A stretch of DNA of 32,000 nucleotides from Candidatus Saccharimonadota bacterium (GTDB taxonomy: Archaea > Micrarchaeota > Micrarchaeia > Micrarchaeales > Micrarchaeaceae): assembly GCA_963705375.1 (NCBI GenBank), contig OY970071.1, positions 390,001-422,000 on the forward strand. Reading direction: 5' to 3'. Numbering within the stretch: position 1 is the first letter of the stretch; every line of letters begins with the position of its first letter. The notes beneath the pieces were generated by a model. The model worked only from the letters and a program-made list of their open reading frames with translations, was not told where the DNA came from and did no database searches. The translations under genes were made by a program, and so were the position numbers. Of the stretch, positions 25,709 to 32,000 are shown one piece after another.

Positions 25709-28700
25709 TTATTCCGTTACTTCTTTACTGTCTTTGGATGTGCGGCGTGACGCCAGGAACAGCACAACAACCACTATGACAACCACGATTGCGGCCAGGA
25801 GATAAGTGCTGCTTGACGCAGGTGGTGTGGTATTTGGCGTGTTGCTTGTTGATACGTTTGACTGCGCATTGGACGTGTTAGACGGGTTAGGCACTATTGT
25901 TGTTGTCGGAGTGTTGGTCGTTGTATTTTCCGGGATTGTGGTCGTTGAATGCGGGGCATTGTTGGTCCTATTTGTAACATTTGTAGCCGCAGGGATCGCG
26001 ATCGAGCATACGTCGACAGTGATCGTGTGCTCTATTGGCGGATAACTTATAGCAGTAACGTCCGCGGTGTAGTTGAAGTTGCTGTTCTTGAACAGCATTG
26101 AAGGTGAATCTAATTTAAGCACATACGTGATGCCGTTTATTATAAGGTCGGCCGAATCCGGCGCTATCGCGCTGAGAGTCACGGCGAATGAAGTGCCGTT
26201 CAGTGTGAAGTGTTCGTAGTTGGGTGTTGTGAAGTTGGTTATCTGGTAGCATGTTGTGCCGCTCCGGCTTACCAGTTTCAGGCCAGGGCCTTGAGGCGAC
26301 GATCCGCCACTACTTGCAGTGTAGCCGCCACCTCCACCAGAAGGTGGTGGCAAATACACTGATGTGAAAAGGCCTATGACAGGATCAGCAGGCACGTTGA
26401 AGGTTATCGTGCATGCTGCTGTATTGGAAGTGTAGTTGAGCAAATGCCATGAACTGCCGATCAGCTTGTACGGAGCAGCGTTCGAGCCACAAGGTATGCC
26501 TATCGTAAGGCCGTACACCATTGTCGACGGGGTGCTGTTGACCATTGTGAGGTTCAGAAGGACGACTTTTGAGTAGTGCGTGTAGCTGACGAATGGCGTG
26601 GATGTGTAGTTGCTGGTGACGTTGGAAATGATGACATTGGTGTTCACGTTGTTAGATGAGGTTATCGAGAGAGTCGCGTTCGCTTTTGAATATGTGATGT
26701 TTGTTTCTGTGTTGGATGGCACACTTACAACAAAATTATAAGTTGAATTTGGTATGACAGGGTTGACAGTTATCACATTGCTTGCCGAGTTGAAAACGTA
26801 TGCAGGCACAGTGCCTGTATCTGTCGCCGTTGCATTGAAAGTTAACTGTCCGAGTACCGTCGGCGTGTAAGAAAGCGTTATGCTGTTACCACTAGTATCA
26901 GGTATGGTATTTGTGCTGACCACATTGCCATCGTAAACAAGATTCACTGTGAACGGGCCTGCACCAGTGCCAGCAGGCACGTTAGCGGTATACGTTATGG
27001 CCTGCCCGATGTCTATGTTGTTGCTTGATGGCGTAATGGATATCGTAGGTATCGAGACCATGACCTGTGAAACTGCAGAGCTCGTGCTTCCGATATAGTT
27101 GGAATCGCCGGAATAAGCCGCTGTTATAGAATGGGACCCTAAAGTAAGAGTGTTTGTTGTGAATGTCGATGTGCTTCCAGATGTTGTGTTCGTGCCTATC
27201 TGCGTTGAACCGTCGTAGAACTTTACGACCTCGCCACTTGGCACAGACGGAGACACTATAGAGGTGAATGTTACGGAAGAGCCATACGTTGATGGATTTG
27301 CATTAGAGGCGACGGTCACCGTGGTCGGCATCTTATTGACCCCCTGTAAGACCGTGGAACTTGTGCTTCCGATATAATTGGAATCGCCGGAATACGTTGC
27401 GGTTACGGAATGAGTTCCTAAAGTAAAAGAGTTCGTTGTGAATGTCGATGTGCTTCCAGATGTTGTGTTCGTGCCTATCTGCGTCGAACCGTCATAGAAC
27501 TTTACGGTCTCTCCAGTTGGTACAGAGGGAGATACTGTAGCGGTGAATGTCACGGAAGAGCTGTACGTTGACGGATTTGCACTAGAGGCGACGGTCACTG
27601 TGGTCGGCATCTTATTGACCGCCTGCGAGAATGCGGAACTTGTGCTTCCGAGATAGTTGGAATCGCCGGAATACGTTGCGGTTACGGAATGAGTTCCTAA
27701 AGTAAAAGAGTTCGTTGTGAATGTCGATGTGCTTCCAGATGTTGTGTTCGTGCCTATCTGCGTCGAACCGTCATAGAACTTTACGGTCTCTCCAGTTGGT
27801 ACAGAGGGAGATACTGTAGCGGTGAATGTCACGGAAGAGCTGTACGTTGACGGATTTGCACTAGAGGTGATAGCCACAGTGGTCGGCATCTTATTGACCG
27901 CCTGCGAGACTGCGGAACTTGTGCTGGCAACGTAGTTGGAATCACCAGAGTAAGCAACTGTTATCGAATGAGTTCCTGCGGTAAGAGCATTTGTTGTGAA
28001 TGTCGCTGTGCCACCAGAAGATGTCGTACCAGTACCTATCTGCGTCGAACCGTCATAGAAAGCCACAGTCTCGCCACTTGGCACAGACGGAGACACTGTA
28101 GCGGTGAATGTCACGGAAGAGCCGTACGTTGACGGATTTGAATTAGAGTTGATTGCCGTTGTTGTAGGTATCGTATTGACAACCTGAGAGATTCCGGAAC
28201 TTGCACTGGCAACGTAGTTGGAATCGCCGGAATAAGCCGCTGTTATGGAATGCGTTCCTGCGGTAAGAGCATTTGTTGTGAATGTCGCTGTGCCACCAGA
28301 AGATGTCGTACCAGTGCCTATCTGCGTTGAACCGTCATAGAAAGCCACGGTCTCGCCACTTGGCACCGACGGAGACACTGTAGCGGTGAATGTCACGGAA
28401 GATCCGTAAGTTGACGGAGTACCGCCAGACAAAACAGCAATGATGGTCGACAGTTGGTTTACAACCTGCGAGACTGCAGAACTTGTGCTGGCAATATAAG
28501 TGGAATCGCCGGAATAAGCCGCTGTTATGGAATGCGTTCCTGCGGTAAGAGCATTTGTTGTGAATGTCGCTGTGCCACCAGAAGATGTCGTACCAGTGCC
28601 TATCTGCGTTGAACCGTCATAGAAAGCCACGGTCTCGCCGTTTGGCACAGACGGAGACACTGTAGCGGTGAATGTCACTGAAGAGCTGTACGTTGACGGA

Positions 28701-31186
28701 TTTGAATTAGAGGTGATGGTCACTGTGGTCGGCAGGTTATTGATCGCCTGCGAGAATGCGGAACTTGTGCTTCCGAGATAGTTGGAATCGCCGGAATACG
28801 TTGCGGTTACGGAATGAGTTCCTATTGCAAGAGCATTGGTTGTTAATGTTGCACCACTTCCGGATGTGGTTCCTGTGCCGATCTGGTTTGCGCCGCCGTC
28901 ATAGAACGTTACAGTCTCGCCATTTGGCACAGACGGAGACACTGTAGCGGTGAATGTCACGGAAGAGCCGTAAGTTGACGGATTTGCACTAGCGGTGACG
29001 GTCACTGCGGTAGGCATCTTATTGACAACCTGCGAGACCACTGAACTTGTGCCGCGGATATAGTTGGAATCGCCGGAATACGTTGCGGTTATGGCATGCG
29101 TTCCTGTAGTAAGAGGGTTTGTTGCGAATGTCGCCAGACTACCAGGAGATGTCGTACCAGTGCCTATCTGCGTTGAACCGTCATAGAAAGTCACGGTCTC
29201 GCCGTTTGGCACAGACGGAGACACTGTAGCGGTGAATGTCACTGAAGAGCTGTACGTTGACGGATTTGCACTAGATGTGACAGCCACAGTGGTCGGCATC
29301 TTATTGACAACCTGCGAGACTGCGGGACTTGTGCTGGCAACGTAGTTGGAATCGCCGGAATACGTTGCTGTTATCGAATGTGTTCCTAAAGTAAGAGTGT
29401 TCGTTGCGAATGTCGCTGCGCCACCAGACGATGTTGTACCGGTCCCTATCTGCGTTGAAGCATCATAGAACGTCACGGTCTCGCCGCTTGGCACAGATGC
29501 AGATACTGTGGCGGTGAATGTCACGGAAGAGCTGTACGTTGACGGATTTGAATTAGATGTGACAGTCACAGTGGTCGGCATCTTATTGACCATCTGCGAG
29601 AATGCGGAACTTGTGCTGGCAACATAGTTGGAATCGCCGGAATACGTTGCGGTTATGGCATGCGTTCCTGCGGTAAGAGTGTTTGTTGCGAATGTCGCCC
29701 TGCCGCCTGAGGTCGTACCTGTACCTATTGAAGTACCGCCATCATAGAATGTCACGGTCTCGCCGTTTGGCACAGATGGTGATACTGTAGCGGCGAATGT
29801 CACGGAAGAGCTGTACGTTGACGGATTAGTTCCCGAAGTCAAGGATACAGCTATTGAAGTACTGGCTTTGTTGACTGTCTGCGACAGAGGTGAAGACGTG
29901 CTTGCTGCAAAGTTGGAAGTTAGAGAGTATGCTGCAGTTATGGAGTGCGTGCCCGCAGACAGCGAAGACGTGGTAAGTGTGGCAGTTCCTGAAGAAAGTG
30001 CCACTGCAGAACCTACATTTGATCCGTCGACAGAGAACTGCACCGTACCGGTAGGCGTGCCCGCTGCAGATGCGACTAACGCAGTGAATGTCAAAGAATT
30101 GGAGTATGCCGACGGGTTAGTTCCAGAGGTCAAGGACACAACTGTTAAAGTGCTTGCAGGATTGACTGTCTGTGACAGAGGTGAAGACGTGCTTGCTGCA
30201 AAGTTGGTAGTTGCAGCATATGCCGCGCTTATTGAGTGCGTACCAGCAGACAAAGAGGATGTGGTAAGTGTGGCAGTTCCTGAAGAAAGTGCCACTGCAG
30301 AACCTACATTTGATCCGTCGATGGAGAACTGCACCGTACCGGTAGGAGTACCTCCTGTAGATGAGACTGTAGCGGTGAAGGTCAAAGAAGTGGCGTATGC
30401 CGAAGGGTTAGTCCCAGAGGTCAGCGATACGCTTGTCGAAGTGCTTGCAGGGCCGACGGTCTCCACGACGGCGGAGCTCTCACTACCCTCATAGGTATTT
30501 GCCACTCCGGAGTATATTGCCATTATAGAATGAGTCCCAACTGAGAGTGCAGAGGTGGTAAACGTTGCGACTCCAGCATTTAATGTACCTGTACCTATTG
30601 AAGTACCGCCATCATAGAATGTCACGGTCCCTGTCGGAGTTCCCTCTTTATAAGAAGTCACTGTTGCTGTGAAAGTTACAGAGGCACCGTATGTCGGAGA
30701 GGCTGAGGTCGTAGACAAGGCAGCATAGGTAGCAGGTACCTCTGCAATATACGAGTAAGGAAACAGGCCACCACCATACGGACTCACAGAATAGACGATG
30801 GCATAATTGCCTAGAGCGTTAGCGTCAGTGAATATGTACTCATTCGTATGATAGTAGTAAGCTTTGCCACCATAAACAATGACATAGTTGGTGGCTTGTG
30901 TTAAAGGTGTAAAAGCACAATCTCCGGTTCCGTCGCCCGGCCTACTTCGATTATACAGATAAAGCCAGCAGGACTGATTGGCGGTGAGTATGCTCTCGGT
31001 GAACGGGTAGTATACATCATAGCTCCCGGTCCCGGACGGGGGCAGATAGACCGCGTAGTTTGTCGGCACGCCTGATGGCGGGCTAGGCAGATATTGAGCA
31101 AATGCTGTTGATGGACATGCAGCAAGCAGAATAACCGCAGATAGCATAAGCAGTAAAAGCGGCTTTGTATAAGCGTACAGTTTCAA
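25709..31186 (-). CDS. Giant surface protein (1825 aa): signal peptide, N-terminal Tyr-rich domain, 13 tandem Ig-like repeats, further beta-rich domains, Gly-rich linker, conserved C-terminal cassette, Thr/Asn-rich stalk, TM anchor and RR
   Basis: TTG start in the track. The signal is MKLYAYTKPLLLLMLSAVILLAACPSTAFA. There are 13 units of about 93 aa with the bacterial-Ig-like pattern (S)VTFTATVSPSVP.GETV.FYDGSTQIGTGT...ATFTTN.LT.GTHSITA.YSGDSNY..STSS..SQ.VN. The C-terminus is ...TPPASSSTYLLAAIVVVIVVVVLFLASRRTSKDSKEVTE. Confidence 0.8.
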   Translation of the reverse strand: MKLYAYTKPLLLLMLSAVILLAACPSTAFAQYLPSPPSGVPTNYAVYLPPSGTGSYDVYYPFTESILTANQSCWLYLYNRSRPGDGTGDCAFTPLTQATNYVIVYGGKAYYYHTNEYIFTDANALGNYAIVYSVSPYGGGLFPYSYIAEVPATYAALSTTSASPTYGASVTFTATVTSYKEGTPTGTVTFYDGGTSIGTGTLNAGVATFTTSALSVGTHSIMAIYSGVANTYEGSESSAVVETVGPASTSTSVSLTSGTNPSAYATSLTFTATVSSTGGTPTGTVQFSIDGSNVGSAVALSSGTATLTTSSLSAGTHSISAAYAATTNFAASTSSPLSQTVNPASTLTVVSLTSGTNPSAYSNSLTFTALVASAAGTPTGTVQFSVDGSNVGSAVALSSGTATLTTSSLSAGTHSITAAYSLTSNFAASTSSPLSQTVNKASTSIAVSLTSGTNPSTYSSSVTFAATVSPSVPNGETVTFYDGGTSIGTGTTSGGRATFATNTLTAGTHAITATYSGDSNYVASTSSAFSQMVNKMPTTVTVTSNSNPSTYSSSVTFTATVSASVPSGETVTFYDASTQIGTGTTSSGGAATFATNTLTLGTHSITATYSGDSNYVASTSPAVSQVVNKMPTTVAVTSSANPSTYSSSVTFTATVSPSVPNGETVTFYDGSTQIGTGTTSPGSLATFATNPLTTGTHAITATYSGDSNYIRGTSSVVSQVVNKMPTAVTVTASANPSTYGSSVTFTATVSPSVPNGETVTFYDGGANQIGTGTTSGSGATLTTNALAIGTHSVTATYSGDSNYLGSTSSAFSQAINNLPTTVTITSNSNPSTYSSSVTFTATVSPSVPNGETVAFYDGSTQIGTGTTSSGGTATFTTNALTAGTHSITAAYSGDSTYIASTSSAVSQVVNQLSTIIAVLSGGTPSTYGSSVTFTATVSPSVPSGETVAFYDGSTQIGTGTTSSGGTATFTTNALTAGTHSITAAYSGDSNYVASASSGISQVVNTIPTTTAINSNSNPSTYGSSVTFTATVSPSVPSGETVAFYDGSTQIGTGTTSSGGTATFTTNALTAGTHSITVAYSGDSNYVASTSSAVSQAVNKMPTTVAITSSANPSTYSSSVTFTATVSPSVPTGETVKFYDGSTQIGTNTTSGSTSTFTTNSFTLGTHSVTATYSGDSNYLGSTSSAFSQAVNKMPTTVTVASSANPSTYSSSVTFTATVSPSVPTGETVKFYDGSTQIGTNTTSGSTSTFTTNSFTLGTHSVTATYSGDSNYIGSTSSTVLQGVNKMPTTVTVASNANPSTYGSSVTFTSIVSPSVPSGEVVKFYDGSTQIGTNTTSGSTSTFTTNTLTLGSHSITAAYSGDSNYIGSTSSAVSQVMVSIPTISITPSSNNIDIGQAITYTANVPAGTGAGPFTVNLVYDGNVVSTNTIPDTSGNSITLSYTPTVLGQLTFNATATDTGTVPAYVFNSASNVITVNPVIPNSTYNFVVSVPSNTETNITYSKANATLSITSSNNVNTNVIISNVTSNYTSTPFVSYTHYSKVVLLNLTMVNSTPSTMVYGLTIGIPCGSNAAPYKLIGSSWHLLNYTSNTAACTITFNVPADPVIGLFTSVYLPPPSGGGGGYTASSGGSSPQGPGLKLVSRSGTTCYQITNFTTPNYEHFTLNGTSFAVTLSAIAPDSADLIINGITYVLKLDSPSMLFKNSNFNYTADVTAISYPPIEHTITVDVCSIAIPAATNVTNRTNNAPHSTTTIPENTTTNTPTTTIVPNPSNTSNAQSNVSTSNTPNTTPPASSSTYLLAAIVVVIVVVVLFLASRRTSKDSKEVTE
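27060..30724 (-). repeat. Tandem array of 13 coding repeats (mostly 279-nt period) encoding Ig-like domains; some neighbouring units are nearly identical at DNA level
   Basis: 27381-27588 is repeated without mismatch at 27660-27867 (208 nt, offset 279). A second nearly identical pair lies near 28246 and 28525 (offset 279). Confidence 0.9.
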
Positions 31187-31447
31187 GACATCACGTAGTG
31201 TGTATGTACTTGTACTAGACCTGGCTACACAGTGGCTACCCCCGTATCCACCGAAATACCCACAGAGTGCATTATGTTAGCCCATGCACAAGACATTTAC
31301 CCGATGGATATGATGAGACCTGGAGATATATAAGGTTTTCTAATGTGTTTTTAAAGCTTTGCATCATGCCTGACAAAAAGCACAATGACACACAACCTCT
31401 TCAGAATAGTTTATGGCTGGTTTTTGGACCTAGGCAAAATGGCCTTT

Positions 31448-32000
31448 TTATAAAGGCTGCTGAGGTGGATCTTCGCTCTTTTTGTTTCCAGAGGAGATAC
31501 GGCGGGACGTCAGGAACGCCACCATGGCCAGGATGACTACGATTGCAGCCACAACATAAGTATTGCTTGAAGCAGGAGGTACGGCGGCAGATGCGGGCGC
31601 AGGCGTGTTGGTTGTTGATGCATTTACCGGCGCATTTGATGTGTTAGACGGGTTAGGCACTATTGTTGTTGTCGGCGTGTTGGTCGTTGTATTTTCCGGG
31701 ATTGTGGTCGTTGAATGTGTGGTATTGTTGGTCTGGTTTGTAACGGTAGGAATTGCCATCGCACACACATCGACGGTGATCGTGTGCTCTATTGGAATGT
31801 AGCTTATGCCCGTTACGTCTGCGGCGTAGTTGAAGTTGCTGTCCTTGAACAGCACTGTGGACGAATTGAGTTTAAGCACATAGGTGATGCCGTTTATTAT
31901 CAGATCGGTAGAATTTGGAGCAATTGTACTGACCGTCACAGCGAACGCGGTGCCGTTCAGCGTGAAGTGTTCGTAGTTTGGTGTTGTGAAGTTGGCCACA
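31448..32000 (-). CDS. 3' end (C-terminal 183 codons) of a second surface-protein gene that runs off the right edge; it carries the same C-terminal cassette as the 1825-aa protein
   Basis: ...NFTTPNYEHFTLNGTAFAVTVSTIAPNSTDLIINGITYVLKL...TTTIPENTTTNTPTTTIVPNPSNTSNA...VPPASSNTYVVAAIVVILAMVAFLTSRRISSGNKK is roughly 80-85% identical to the last 180 aa of the 25709-31186 product. The 'M' at 31999 in the track is a GTG in mid-domain, so the ORF continues beyond the window. Confidence 0.8.
   Translation of the reverse strand, partial: VANFTTPNYEHFTLNGTAFAVTVSTIAPNSTDLIINGITYVLKLNSSTVLFKDSNFNYAADVTGISYIPIEHTITVDVCAMAIPTVTNQTNNTTHSTTTIPENTTTNTPTTTIVPNPSNTSNAPVNASTTNTPAPASAAVPPASSNTYVVAAIVVILAMVAFLTSRRISSGNKKSEDPPQQPL

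Noticed and set aside
25806-26045. Two mutually similar 79-aa + strand ORFs (25806-26045 and 31563-31802) that could look like a conserved small gene
   Set aside because: Their conservation is explained by lying antisense to the conserved C-terminal cassette of the two surface-protein genes. The Val/Gly-rich translation is typical of antisense reading of Thr/Asn/Pro codons.
29868-30494. 208-aa + strand ORF (and many other + strand ORFs between 25806 and 30494) inside the giant - strand gene
   Set aside because: These are antisense shadows of a low-complexity Thr/Ser/Gly/Val-rich repeat gene. Their periodicity simply mirrors the 279-nt repeats, and they have no independent start context or recognisable motif.
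27060-30724. Regular repeat periodicity as a possible CRISPR array
   Set aside because: The units are 279 nt, contiguous with no unique spacers, in-frame, and translate to Ig-like domains within one long ORF. No cas genes are adjacent.
31100-31186. Lipobox-like LLAAC in the signal peptide of the giant protein
   Set aside because: An equally good signal-peptidase-I site (AFA/Q) follows 6 residues later, and the protein already has a C-terminal anchor. The sequence alone cannot discriminate between them.

Overview
Gene-dense archaeal chromosomal segment of about 30 genes. Archaeal hallmarks: split SecF/SecD, class I LysRS, archease, an XPD-type Fe-S helicase, an NMD3-like protein, three proteins with class III (type IV pilin-like) signal peptides, an archaeosortase-like protein, and TATA-like boxes about 25-35 nt upstream of start codons. 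The lineage cannot be fixed from the sequence alone; an acidophilic DPANN- or Thermoplasmata-like organism is only a guess. Left to right: the 5' end of an IS200/IS605 tnpA with a subterminal hairpin; secF-secD; a decayed tandem duplication (pilin-like gene, CBS gene, promoter, tRNA-Cys); a tRNA-Cys with a 13-nt insertion in its T-loop; a pilin-like protein with a six-bladed Kelch-like head; a DUF929 CPYC protein; a tight pta-ackA-acpS-thiolase-DUF35-ACP operon; an XPD helicase, Cas4-like nuclease and archease; an archaeosortase-like gene translationally coupled to a Nudix-UDG fusion; lysK; and a 1825-aa surface protein with 13 Ig-like repeats (279-nt period). The C-terminal cassette of that giant protein (Thr/Asn-rich stalk, PPASSxTY, TM helix, RR) recurs at the end of the next gene. 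The best candidates for undescribed biology are the ACP/AcpS-linked thiolase-DUF35 operon and the archaeosortase with its putative new C-terminal sorting signal. All calls come from reading the translations and DNA by eye; no database search was run.
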